A stretch of DNA of 64,000 nt from contig JAWAFD010000004.1 of assembly GCA_038890745.1 (NCBI GenBank), positions 32,001-96,000 on the forward strand, read 5' to 3'. A model generated the notes under the pieces. The model saw only the letters and a list, made by a program, of their open reading frames with translations. It did no database searches and was not told the DNA's origin. This document shows, piece by piece, positions 49,986 to 59,660 of the stretch (position 1 is the stretch's first letter; every line of letters begins with the position of its first letter). A program made the translations under genes and the position numbers. This DNA is from Candidatus Anstonellales archaeon (GTDB taxonomy: Archaea; Micrarchaeota; Micrarchaeia; Anstonellales; J096).

Positions 49986-50774
49986 ATGAGTATTCTCGTT
50001 CAGCTTTCAGATGCTCTCAAAAAAAGTATAGAGGAAAATTGCGAGGAAAATACCGCGGTTGCTTTTTCCGGTGGGGTTGATAGCACAACCATCGCAGCGG
50101 TTGCAAAAAAAGTTTGCAATGTTTTTCTTCATTCAGTTGGGACTGAGAAAAGCCAGGATTTGGCGTACGCAGAGAACGTTGCTAAAAAACTCTCCCTCCC
50201 TCTACAAAAGCACGTTCTTGATGAAAAAGAAATACTATCCCTTTATGAAAAGGTTTATTCCGTTGTTCCTTTTAATGCATTCAAAATAGACATTCTTATC
50301 CCAGCCTACAAAGTTATTGAATCTTCGAAAGAGGATGTTATTCTTTTTGGCTCAGGAAGCGAAGAGCTTTTTGTTGGGTATGATAAATATTATAGGTTTC
50401 TGGATGAGGGGAAGGATCTGGATTCCATCCTCCGCAAAGATTTTGAGAACCTTAACGAAAAGGGAGGGGATATCTGGGCAATAAAGCAGATTGCAAAAAA
50501 ACTTAAGAAAAAGGTTGCATTTCCTTTCTACAACAAGAAGATTGCAGATATTGTTTTTTCCATTCCGATTAAAGAAAGGGCAGAAGACAGGGAGCTTAAA
50601 AAAGGGATTTTGCGAGAGGCAGCGGCGCTTTTGAAGGTTCCGAAAGAGGCGCTTTTGAGAAGGAAAAAATCCATGCAGTATGGAAGCGGGGTGCACAAGA
50701 TAGTTGAAAAACATAAAAAAGAGCTTGAAGAAAAGTTTCCGCAGAAATTATTTTTTAATCTACCTTCTCAATAA
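49986..50774 (+). CDS. Stand-alone asparagine-synthase-type ATP pyrophosphatase domain protein
   Basis: AFSGGVDS PP-loop, GSGSEELFVGY, K.ILR, RRKKSMQYGSG; no glutaminase domain. Confidence 0.85.
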   Translation: MSILVQLSDALKKSIEENCEENTAVAFSGGVDSTTIAAVAKKVCNVFLHSVGTEKSQDLAYAENVAKKLSLPLQKHVLDEKEILSLYEKVYSVVPFNAFKIDILIPAYKVIESSKEDVILFGSGSEELFVGYDKYYRFLDEGKDLDSILRKDFENLNEKGGDIWAIKQIAKKLKKKVAFPFYNKKIADIVFSIPIKERAEDRELKKGILREAAALLKVPKEALLRRKKSMQYGSGVHKIVEKHKKELEEKFPQKLFFNLPSQ

Positions 50775-53021
50775 AGGCAACTCTCTTCTCACACTCTCCC
50801 TAAACTGCTCCTCCCACTCTTTCTGCGCCCTTCCAAAATCCACCCCTCCTCCTTCCTCCTCCAAACTAACCATTATCTTATTTGCTAACGTGTTCGCTTT
50901 CAAAACAAAATCAAGCCCCATGATTTCATTAACCCCGCTTTCAACGCTTGCCCTGTAGATATCATAGTAAACTTTTCCCTTATAGAATGCCTGGAGAATG
51001 TATTGTTCAGGTGGGATACCGGTTTCCTCGCTCCTTCTTTTTAAAGCAGGAGGAACGCTTTCTATGTCCAACTCCTTTTCTAGCTTTCCAATATCAATGT
51101 TTGAAAAATCATTTGAGTTTGCTTCAGGATTTTTTATGAATTTTGCATCAACTTCTGAATTTTCAACGTTCGTCCCCCTCTTGTACTCAAAAACCTGTAC
51201 AAACGCCTTATTCTCCCTATCTGCCTCAAACTCATACCCGAGCACCCTGTATATCCTTCCTTTCCTCCCGAACCTAATCTTCTTCAAAAACGTGTACCTA
51301 TCTGTTGCAAACATGCTTGCAGATGGGATTCCAAAGACAAGCTCCAGCCTATCCCGTACATCCTCCAAGCTTTCTGCGTGAAGGTTGTAGAGTAGGAACA
51401 CTCCGGGTTGGGTGTTTAACAGGTTGATTACCCCCTGCACAGCAACCCTGCTCCTTATTTCGTTTATTATTAAGGCAGCATCACCCATCCTCAGCAAGGC
51501 ATTTGCCATGCTGACAAGGTCAAGCTCTTTTCCCGTTGGTACCTCCTTTTCAGAGCTCTGAACCTTTGCAGCACCTATATGAAAACCTCTTTTCCTAAAA
51601 GCCCTTACCGGGATCTCCTGTATATCCTGAATTGGTATGATTCTTTTGTTCGGCCCTATCGCAGTTATTTTCGCAGCAGTAAAAGCAGTTTTTCCGCTTC
51701 CTTTAAGACCAAGGACTGCCTCGCTGCAACCAAGCGTAACCATAACATCATCATACCCGCAGAAAAATGGGGAGAAGGATTTTAGGTAGAGATACTGAGG
51801 ATATGTAAATGGCTCTTCCTGCATTATTCTAAGCGCTCCCTGAAATTCTCCGAATGTTGCCGGAGGCCTTGTAAGGTGGCACCTCATGCTATGCCTTTTC
51901 ACCACCACATCAGCAATAGGATTGTTCTCATCAAATTTTGTCCCCTTCTCAGCAAGTATCATGTTCCTGAAAGCGCGTTCAAGAAGTTCACGATTGTATC
52001 TAAAAAGGGTGTGAACAATACCGAATTTCCTATGCTCCAAATATATAGGAGAGTTTTCGCTATCGATGTAGATATCCGTGATGTTTTCCCAATCAAGAGC
52101 GATGTTTTCTATCGGAGAGCCAAGACCAACAACCCAGGATGCTGCCTCCCTTCCCATTATTAGCGCCTGCTCAGGGGTTATGTCTATTCCCTGCAAAAGA
52201 GCGCTCTCCATAAAAAATTGTTTGTACTCCCTGGCTTTAAGATCAAATATTATGTTGAAATCAGCGCCTGTGAAGTTCTCTTTCATCTGTTCATCTATAA
52301 GTTTTTTCAGCATTGTTTTAAGTTGAGGGGTGAGGGTTTCCATTATCGGGTTTCTCAATTGGTATATGTACATGTCCTTTTCAGGTATTTCATAGATCTG
52401 TACCTCATTTCCATATTCCAGTTTATATGATGCATCTTTTCCCTCAAGCTTCACCGCGTCTTTTGGGAGTTCAAGCGCAAGAAGATTCACAAAAAACAAA
52501 CTTTGCAATCCGACAAGAGAAAGAAAAGCGCTTCTCAAATCCCCGGTTTTCTCTACTAATTTGTACAGCTGCGTTTCCTTGAACCTTCTCAAAATACCGT
52601 TTTTCCACGACAGAAATGTCTCATAGCTTTTCATAAAAGCTGCGGTATCCGGGGTTGGCTCTTTGTATGCCTCCAGTTCCCTTGCAGCTATGAGTGGGTT
52701 CATGAAAGTATAATTATAAAATTTCCTTAGCGCCTCCACCCTTGGGTTATAGTGCGGGTCCTGTTTTATTCCGTATATATCCTTTCTCAGCATTAGCGCT
52801 TCTATTTGCGCAATAACCTTAGCGTACTCAACAAGTATAGAGGTTGCCTCCTCACTCAGCTCAAAACTAACCTCCTCCTCGTACCTTATTCTGCTCAGAG
52901 GCTTTGTTTGCGTTGAAAGGTCTTTTAGATGGTAGTTGATGAATTCTGGAGAGGCAAATTCAAAAGGGCATTTAGCCAGGTCTACAAATCCGACCGTTCC
53001 CTCTACCCTTAGGTTGCACAT
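50760..53021 (-). CDS. Type II/IV secretion-system ATPase (VirB11/TadA-like)
   Basis: ITDIYID, Walker A GLKGSGKT, IQDIQEI, ALLRMGD...INEIRS, NLHAES. Confidence 0.8.
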   Translation of the reverse strand: MCNLRVEGTVGFVDLAKCPFEFASPEFINYHLKDLSTQTKPLSRIRYEEEVSFELSEEATSILVEYAKVIAQIEALMLRKDIYGIKQDPHYNPRVEALRKFYNYTFMNPLIAARELEAYKEPTPDTAAFMKSYETFLSWKNGILRRFKETQLYKLVEKTGDLRSAFLSLVGLQSLFFVNLLALELPKDAVKLEGKDASYKLEYGNEVQIYEIPEKDMYIYQLRNPIMETLTPQLKTMLKKLIDEQMKENFTGADFNIIFDLKAREYKQFFMESALLQGIDITPEQALIMGREAASWVVGLGSPIENIALDWENITDIYIDSENSPIYLEHRKFGIVHTLFRYNRELLERAFRNMILAEKGTKFDENNPIADVVVKRHSMRCHLTRPPATFGEFQGALRIMQEEPFTYPQYLYLKSFSPFFCGYDDVMVTLGCSEAVLGLKGSGKTAFTAAKITAIGPNKRIIPIQDIQEIPVRAFRKRGFHIGAAKVQSSEKEVPTGKELDLVSMANALLRMGDAALIINEIRSRVAVQGVINLLNTQPGVFLLYNLHAESLEDVRDRLELVFGIPSASMFATDRYTFLKKIRFGRKGRIYRVLGYEFEADRENKAFVQVFEYKRGTNVENSEVDAKFIKNPEANSNDFSNIDIGKLEKELDIESVPPALKRRSEETGIPPEQYILQAFYKGKVYYDIYRASVESGVNEIMGLDFVLKANTLANKIMVSLEEEGGGVDFGRAQKEWEEQFRESVRRELPLLRR

Positions 53022-53110
53022 AAGGAAGAATTTGTTCTATCGGTTTAAAAATCTTTCTGATTTTTAAAAAAATCGATTGATTTATAAAATGTTCGATTGA
53101 ACAATGAATT

Positions 53111-53674
53111 ATGCTTTCAGAATGGAGAAAATTTAAAGGATGGCTGGTGCTGGAGTTTTTTTTCAAGAATCCGAACATGCAAATCCATTCAAGGGAACTG
53201 GCTAGAAGAACAGGTATAGCCCAAGCAACATGTACGCATTATTTCAAGGTTTATGAAAAAGAGGGAGTTTTAAAAAGCAGGCGCGTGGGGAACATTCAGC
53301 AGTATTGGCTTAACAATGAGGAAGAAATAGTAAAACAGCTTAAGAAACTCTGGTTTCTCTTGCTTATAGAAGAGAGCGGGTTTGTGGAAGAACTGACCAA
53401 AAAAAACAAAAATATTATTGAGGTTTATTTGTATGGCAGCTACGCGAGTGGAGAATTTGCTGAGCAGAGCGATGTGGACCTTTTGATAATCGCGCAGGGT
53501 AAGGAATTTGACAGGACAGCTGTAGAAAGGTTTAGAAGAATTATCGGAAAGGAAATTCAGATACTAATGCTAAGCATTGGCGAGTGGAGGGCGCAGGTAA
53601 GGAAAAAAACCCCATTTAGTCAGTCTGTTTTGAGAAACCATGTGAAGCTGTTCGGGGGTGGTTTGAGTGAATGA
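53111..53674 (+). CDS. HTH plus minimal nucleotidyltransferase (MNT antitoxin-like)
   Basis: N-terminal wHTH; YGSYASG...SDVDLLII (GSx10DxD). Confidence 0.88.
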   Translation: MLSEWRKFKGWLVLEFFFKNPNMQIHSRELARRTGIAQATCTHYFKVYEKEGVLKSRRVGNIQQYWLNNEEEIVKQLKKLWFLLLIEESGFVEELTKKNKNIIEVYLYGSYASGEFAEQSDVDLLIIAQGKEFDRTAVERFRRIIGKEIQILMLSIGEWRAQVRKKTPFSQSVLRNHVKLFGGGLSE

Positions 53675-54098
53675 TGAAGCCGAAGAGTGTTTGGAAAAAG
53701 GATATATAAGAAAACTGAGCCATGTGCCGAAAGAAAGAATAGATAGTGAAATAGCAGAGGCAGTAAATTTTCTTTCAGAGGCAAAAGAAATAATAGGCAA
53801 AACTCATGCCAATAAGTCCGCGTTCCTTGCTGCGTACCAATCCATGTTTCATTCAGCAAGGGCCCTTCTGCTCCTAAAAGGGTATAGCGAAAGAAGCCAT
53901 TACTGTCTTGTAATTTTTACGAAAGCCATTTTCAGAGGCTCGGAGGTATACAGATATCTTGAAATGCTGGACTCCTATAGGGAGGTTAGGCATGGTGCCT
54001 CATATGGTGGGGCCTCACTATCGCGGGCAGATGCCGAAGAGATAATAAAAGATGCTGAGAATTTCCTTAGGGTTGTTAAAGCATGTTTAAAGAAGTGA
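53667..54098 (+). CDS. HEPN domain protein
   Basis: AYQSMFHSARALL...SH, RHGASY; overlaps the MNT gene. Confidence 0.88.
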   Translation: MNDEAEECLEKGYIRKLSHVPKERIDSEIAEAVNFLSEAKEIIGKTHANKSAFLAAYQSMFHSARALLLLKGYSERSHYCLVIFTKAIFRGSEVYRYLEMLDSYREVRHGASYGGASLSRADAEEIIKDAENFLRVVKACLKK

Positions 54099-54102
54099 GA
54101 AC

Positions 54103-55191
54103 GTGGGCGTCGGAATACTTGAAAAAATAAAGGCGATTGAGGAGGAGATTGCGAGGACCCAAAAGAACAAAGCAACAGAGCATCATCTAGGGCTATTGAA
54201 GGCAAAACTCGCAAAGCTCAGACGGGCCCTTCTTGCTCCCAAAAAATCCGGAGGAGCTGGGTATGATGTTAAAAAAACAGGAGACGCAACAGTTTCCATA
54301 ATCGGTTTTCCATCTGTTGGAAAATCAACCCTCCTTAACGCGCTTACGGGCGCAAAGAGCAAAACAGCACCGTATGAATTCACAACCCTTTCAGCAATTC
54401 CGGGCGGGCTGATATACAAAGGAGCAGAGATTCAGGTTTTAGACCTTCCCGGAATAATACAGGGGGCAAAGGATGGAAGGGGAAGGGGTAGGGAGGTGAT
54501 AGGGGTTGCGAGAAAATCAGACCTTTTGTTAATCCTTATCGACCCATTCTCTCTTTGGCAGTACAAAATAATCTTGGATGAGCTAAACGCTTGCGGAATA
54601 AGAATAAATGAAAAACCACCAAATATAGTTATAGAAAAAAAATCAACCGGCGGGATTACCGCTGTTTGGACGTGCAAACAAAAAGGAATGAGCATGAATG
54701 AAGTGCAAGGGGTCCTTCAAGAATATGGGATACATAATGCAAATGTTATATTCCATGAGCCCGGGAGCGTTGATAGGCTGATAGATGCAATAGAGAAGAA
54801 CAGGGCATACATCCCCGCTATAGTTGTCCTAACGAAGGTTGACCTGCTAAGCGATAAAGGAAGAGAGGAAATAAAAAAACAGATAGGCGAGTACGTTCCG
54901 GTTTCGGCCATGACTGGAGAAGGGATAGAAGAATTAAAAGAAAAAATTTTCTCCCATATTGGATTCATAAGAATATACACAAAGGATGATTTTGGGAAGG
55001 TTGCGGATAAACCAATGGTGCTGAAAAAGGGAGCCAGGGTTGAGGATGTTTGCAGGCGGATCCACACCTCTTGGATTGAGAATTTTAGGTATGCGCTTGT
55101 TTGGGGAAAAAGCGTAAGGTTTCCTGGCCAGAGGGTTGGGCTTGACCATGTTTTAGAGGATGGGGATGTTGTGAGGATAGTAACAAAATAG
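54103..55191 (+). CDS. drg: DRG/OBG-family GTPase with TGS domain
   Basis: KNKATEHH, GFPSVGKS, YEFTT, DLPG, WGKS...GQRVGLDH. Confidence 0.95.
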   Translation: MGVGILEKIKAIEEEIARTQKNKATEHHLGLLKAKLAKLRRALLAPKKSGGAGYDVKKTGDATVSIIGFPSVGKSTLLNALTGAKSKTAPYEFTTLSAIPGGLIYKGAEIQVLDLPGIIQGAKDGRGRGREVIGVARKSDLLLILIDPFSLWQYKIILDELNACGIRINEKPPNIVIEKKSTGGITAVWTCKQKGMSMNEVQGVLQEYGIHNANVIFHEPGSVDRLIDAIEKNRAYIPAIVVLTKVDLLSDKGREEIKKQIGEYVPVSAMTGEGIEELKEKIFSHIGFIRIYTKDDFGKVADKPMVLKKGARVEDVCRRIHTSWIENFRYALVWGKSVRFPGQRVGLDHVLEDGDVVRIVTK

Positions 55192-55199
55192 GTGAGAAG

Positions 55200-55466
55200 A
55201 TGCCACCTCAAAATGAAATAAAAGAAGTAATAGAATGGTGCGAAAAAAGAAAGCTTGAAACAAAAAGGGTAGTGCTTATAGAGAAAAACATCTTTAGGGA
55301 AAGGTTCGGCTGGACATTTAGGTTTCCTTTTATAGAAATAGACAGACCGTTAGAGGTTGCGAGCAAATTCAATTTAGTTTATGACTCAACGACAAAAACC
55401 TTATGGCATTTCCTTAACGGAAACTGGAGAAAAATAGAGCCGGATTTTGAGGTGAGAAAAAGCTAA
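55200..55466 (+). CDS. Hypothetical protein
   Basis: 88-aa ORF with GGTGA SD-like motif upstream. Confidence 0.65.
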   Translation: MPPQNEIKEVIEWCEKRKLETKRVVLIEKNIFRERFGWTFRFPFIEIDRPLEVASKFNLVYDSTTKTLWHFLNGNWRKIEPDFEVRKS

Positions 55467-55513
55467 AGAAAAGGTATTTAAATGTTTGAATACAAAATAT
55501 TGATGGTGGGAAG

Positions 55514-55786
55514 ATGGCTCACAGAAGAAGGGAGAGAAGAGGAGAATTGGAGAAAGGAGAACCAGATGTTAAACAAATTCTTTCTCAGATAGAAAAAGAG
55601 CTTGGGCTTAGGGTACCTTCTCGCAGAGAAATTGAAGAGTACGAAATTGCTGCGCTCACAAAGAGAATAAAAGACGCAACCGGCGCAATATCTGAGACAG
55701 CGTATAGAAAAGGGTATGAAGATGCGAAAAAGCTTGCTGCCCTGCTGGACAAAGGAGACTCTAAGTATCTGAACAGGTGGGGTTGA
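55514..55786 (+). CDS. Hypothetical protein
   Basis: 90-aa ORF with GGTGG SD-like motif upstream. Confidence 0.6.
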   Translation: MAHRRRERRGELEKGEPDVKQILSQIEKELGLRVPSRREIEEYEIAALTKRIKDATGAISETAYRKGYEDAKKLAALLDKGDSKYLNRWG

Positions 55787-55790
55787 TAGA

Positions 55791-56144
55791 ATGGGAGCAT
55801 TTGATAAGGTAAGCGAGGAAGCGAAAAAAGCGATGGTTGCTGTCTGGAAAACCATGAACCCTGAAGATAAGATGCATTTTGTAAATCAGGTTGCGCTTGC
55901 GCTTAGCATATGGGGAGATGATGAGAAGGGAAAAGAGATGGTCGCTTTGATTATGGAAAAACTTGTTGAGGATGGAAGCAAAAACCTTGCGGATTTTGGC
56001 CTTTATATAGAATGGTTCCTAAGATCGGGTGGGGAGGAAATATACAGAGCTAAGGCTGAAAAAGCGAAGAGAGCTGTTCTTGTGATAGATGGATACAGGA
56101 TAAAGCACGGCCTGCCTTCCGAGCCGCAAAAAACAATTCTCTAA
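55791..56144 (+). CDS. Hypothetical protein
   Basis: 117-aa ORF, co-oriented and 4 nt after the previous ORF. Confidence 0.65.
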   Translation: MGAFDKVSEEAKKAMVAVWKTMNPEDKMHFVNQVALALSIWGDDEKGKEMVALIMEKLVEDGSKNLADFGLYIEWFLRSGGEEIYRAKAEKAKRAVLVIDGYRIKHGLPSEPQKTIL

Positions 56145-56147
56145 AAT

Positions 56148-57464
56148 TTAAACTGCAAAAGCGAGCACCCCAACATCCTGCGCGCTTCCCTTCACGATAA
56201 AACCATCCTTTTCTTTATAAACATTCATATTCTTTTTGGCAGCTCTCGCAATATTCTGTGCGGTTTTTCTGCAGTCCCCGTTCGAAAGTTCGAAAAACCA
56301 TTTTTCAGAGTAGGCATCAACGATTTTACCCTCCTCTTCTTTAAAGGGTGCGTTCATCCAAACCCCCTTGTTCACTGCAACTAACATATCAAAACCAGAT
56401 AGGTCAAGAGAAAAAAGGTTTGTTTTTCCAAGCTTGAATTCCCTATGAAGCACTTTCATAACATCTTTTCCGTTTATTTTCTGCGAAAATCCTCCTAGAT
56501 AAGCAAAAGGAATTCCCATCTCTTTTAAGAACTCATTTTTTGCTATCTTCTCTCCTAGTTCTACCAAACCAGAGATTCCATCATCTGTTGTAAAACATCG
56601 TGAGAATCCGGAAATTCCATAAAGCCTTTGGTTGCCTACTTTCAAAACAACCGCCCGGTCCCCAAGAACAAATCCCGCAAGCGCCTCGCATCCTCCATCG
56701 AATTTTTCACTTATCCGCGCATCCGCCTCCTTAGCAAAACTTTCAAGCAAACCAAGCCCGTTCGCTTCCTCTGGTTTTTCTCCAAAAAGCTCAACATAAG
56801 ATTTGAAAATATCCAAAGCAAATGAAGAGATCTCATGCTCCCTTGCCTTACCCTCCTTTATCCCATCGAAAATTCCGAATGCAACAATCCTTTGCCTCTT
56901 AAAATACATTTCCTGGAAGAGTAGGCTTACGGATGACCTGCTCATCCTCTTTTTTCTCGGCTTTTTCTCAACTATTGCATACGCGTTGTTGAATTCCGTC
57001 CCTCTCTCTTCACTTTTTACCACATCCCTGCCGTATATTTCGATACCCTCAGACATAAGAAGGGAGTTTACATCCACCCTTTCAGCAATATTAAAAAGTA
57101 ATTTTGCTTTTTCCATGTATTTTTTTCTCAATCTTTTTGAGTGTATGGAATGCCACTGGTACCCTTTTTTGTATATCGGGATAAGCTTCATTATTGTTCT
57201 TGCTTCTGTTCTCTTCGGGTCTATGTTATAGATAGATATGAATTTTTCAAAATCCTTTCTATCCACCATCCTTTTTTCAAAATCCTTACCGACGACCCTA
57301 GCGAGTATTCCGGTGTACTGCACATCAGAAAGTACCTTTTCTGCATAGCTTGCTATTGTTGCAACAGACAGCCCCTCGGTTATTCTCTCCTCATTTTTAA
57401 ATTCATTTTTTGTTTTTTCTGGCCTATGCTCTTCGTAAATTTCTTTTCTGAAGGAAACTGGCAT
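56148..57464 (-). CDS. Protein with degenerate C-terminal PP2C-like phosphatase domain
   Basis: FGIFDG, KVGNQRLY, VAVNKGVW, AQDVGV follow PP2C motif order; ATG at 57464 preferred. Confidence 0.6.
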   Translation of the reverse strand: MPVSFRKEIYEEHRPEKTKNEFKNEERITEGLSVATIASYAEKVLSDVQYTGILARVVGKDFEKRMVDRKDFEKFISIYNIDPKRTEARTIMKLIPIYKKGYQWHSIHSKRLRKKYMEKAKLLFNIAERVDVNSLLMSEGIEIYGRDVVKSEERGTEFNNAYAIVEKKPRKKRMSRSSVSLLFQEMYFKRQRIVAFGIFDGIKEGKAREHEISSFALDIFKSYVELFGEKPEEANGLGLLESFAKEADARISEKFDGGCEALAGFVLGDRAVVLKVGNQRLYGISGFSRCFTTDDGISGLVELGEKIAKNEFLKEMGIPFAYLGGFSQKINGKDVMKVLHREFKLGKTNLFSLDLSGFDMLVAVNKGVWMNAPFKEEEGKIVDAYSEKWFFELSNGDCRKTAQNIARAAKKNMNVYKEKDGFIVKGSAQDVGVLAFAV

Positions 57465-57524
57465 GCCCCAAAAGTGAATGAAAAAATTTAAAAACATTCT
57501 TTTCGAAGCATTCCCGGTGAGAGT

Positions 57525-58898
57525 ATGCCGGCAAAGGATGTTTTAGATAGGATAGCATCTTCAGGAATAAAATGGCTCTACCTTGAGTTTGTTGATGTTC
57601 TGGGTTATTCCCATTCTGTGGGTGTGCCTTCGCATGGAGTTTCTGAGGAGGAGCTGGAGAGAGGGGTTTCACGCTCTGATGTTGGGTCTGTTTTTAATGA
57701 CCATGAGGAGCTTTTCCTAAAGCCAGACCTTGACACATTCGCATTCATTCCCTGGATGGATTCTGCATCTAGGATGATATGCAACATCTACACGCAAAAA
57801 GAGGAGTTTTATCTAAAAGACCCTCGGTATATTTTACAAAGAGCAGTTAAGAACGCTGCGGCCGCAGGTTTTGATGTGAAGGTTGGAAGCGAGATTGAGT
57901 TCTACTTTTTCGATGGTGTTGCGGTCGATAAGATAAATCCTGAGAGAGGGCCGAGCGTTATGCTGGATACAAGAGAGGCAAAATGGAATCCCTCCCCTCT
58001 TGTAAACTGGGATAAAGCAAGCTTGATTTCTGCCCCTTTTGATACATACCACATCCTCAGGTCAGAAATACTTAATGTTATGAATGACAACTTTCATGTT
58101 TCAGTAGAATCCCATGGGCACGGGGACGGTCCAACGGGACAGCAGCATGTTTCCCTTCCGCCATTTTCCCTTCTTGACAGCGCAGATTACCTCCTAACTT
58201 TCAAAAACGCAGTTAAGAACATTTCTATAATGTCAAATGTTTTTGCAACATTCATGCCACTCCCTGTTTTTAGGGAAGCCGGAAGCTCCCTGCGCGTGAA
58301 CATAAGTTTGTGGGAGGGCGAAAAGAATGTTTTCTATGATGCAAAAAACGAGTACGCAAATCTGAGCTCTGCTGGTAGGTATTTTATAGGAGGAATCCTT
58401 GAGCATGCGTCCGCACTTTGCGTTTTCACCAACCCATCTACAAACTCATACAAAAGGCTTGCTGCCTCTCCAAAATACATAATGTGGAGTGCGAAAAATA
58501 AGGATGCTGTCGCGTATGTTCCTGTAAGACACGGAGAGGCAGAGGATAGGAAAAGAATAACATTAACATTCCCAGACCCGCTTGCAAACCCATACCTTGC
58601 GTATGCAGCTATAGTTGCTGCCGGGCTTGATGGCATAAAGAAAAAAATTGACCCGGGCGACCCTGTTGATGCTGATGTTTCGACCATGCTTTCTAAAGAG
58701 AGGAGAAAGCTCGGGGTTAAGGAACTGCCGAGTAATCTTATGGAAGCGATCGCCTTTTTGGAAGCGGATAATGAATTCTTAAAGGGAACATTCTCTTCTG
58801 ATATAATCGCAGATTACCTTGAAAACAAAATAAAAGAGCACAGGGAAAACGAGTTAAGGCCGACGAGCTATGAGTTCCAAAAATACTTCAACCTCTAG
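57525..58898 (+). CDS. Glutamine synthetase type I-like protein with degenerate active site
   Basis: GS fold motifs LKPD, DPR, EIEFY, ATFMP, NSYKRL, NPYLA, LDGI; several catalytic residues replaced. Confidence 0.85.
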   Translation: MPAKDVLDRIASSGIKWLYLEFVDVLGYSHSVGVPSHGVSEEELERGVSRSDVGSVFNDHEELFLKPDLDTFAFIPWMDSASRMICNIYTQKEEFYLKDPRYILQRAVKNAAAAGFDVKVGSEIEFYFFDGVAVDKINPERGPSVMLDTREAKWNPSPLVNWDKASLISAPFDTYHILRSEILNVMNDNFHVSVESHGHGDGPTGQQHVSLPPFSLLDSADYLLTFKNAVKNISIMSNVFATFMPLPVFREAGSSLRVNISLWEGEKNVFYDAKNEYANLSSAGRYFIGGILEHASALCVFTNPSTNSYKRLAASPKYIMWSAKNKDAVAYVPVRHGEAEDRKRITLTFPDPLANPYLAYAAIVAAGLDGIKKKIDPGDPVDADVSTMLSKERRKLGVKELPSNLMEAIAFLEADNEFLKGTFSSDIIADYLENKIKEHRENELRPTSYEFQKYFNL

Positions 58899-59619
58899 CG
58901 GGAGAAAGATAATTGTTGGCTGTTGCGGGTTTGCATTAAACAAGAAAGAATATTTTAAAAGGTTTGAGGCGGTTGAGGTCCAAAACACTTTCTATACTAT
59001 CCCAGCAAAGATGGATGTATTTAAGAAATGGAGAGAGGAGGCTCCGGAGAACTTTATCTTTACCCTAAAGGCTTGGCAGCTCATTACGCATGATCCATCC
59101 AGTCCCACATACAGAAAGCTTGGTATGAAAATTCCAGAAGAGAAGCATAAGAATTACGGATTTTTCAAAAACACGCCAGAGGTTTTTATGGCGTGGAAAA
59201 GGACTGAGGAGGTCGCGAACGTATTGGATGCTAGAGTTGTTGTTTTCCAATCTCCGGCTTCCTTTAAGCCTAATCAGGAAAACATAGAAAATATGCGGCG
59301 CTTTTTTAGAAAAATAAAAAGAAAAAATTTTTTGTGTGCTTGGGAGCCAAGGGGGGAGTGGCAGGAGAAGAGTGTAAAAGGGTTGTGTGATGAATGCGGT
59401 ATTATTCATTGTGTTGACCCATTTAAACAAAGGACAGTATCGCGCGGGATAAACTACTTCCGACTTCATGGAAAACCAGGGTATAACTTGAGGTATAGAT
59501 ATACGTTGGAGGATTTCGATGCTCTCGTTAGGTTTTGCGATAAAAAAGAAAATTATGTTTTCTTTAATGTCCTTTCCATGGCCGAGGATGCTGCTGGGTT
59601 TAAAAAATTCCTGCTTTGA
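58870..59619 (+). CDS. DUF72 family protein
   Basis: VGCCGF, VEVQNTFY, F.FTLKAWQLITH, FQSP, WEPR, YFRLHG. Confidence 0.9.
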   Translation: MSSKNTSTSSGRKIIVGCCGFALNKKEYFKRFEAVEVQNTFYTIPAKMDVFKKWREEAPENFIFTLKAWQLITHDPSSPTYRKLGMKIPEEKHKNYGFFKNTPEVFMAWKRTEEVANVLDARVVVFQSPASFKPNQENIENMRRFFRKIKRKNFLCAWEPRGEWQEKSVKGLCDECGIIHCVDPFKQRTVSRGINYFRLHGKPGYNLRYRYTLEDFDALVRFCDKKENYVFFNVLSMAEDAAGFKKFLL

Positions 59620-59660
59620 TATGTTTTTATTTATTTTTATTCTTAATTTTTAGTCCTTGA

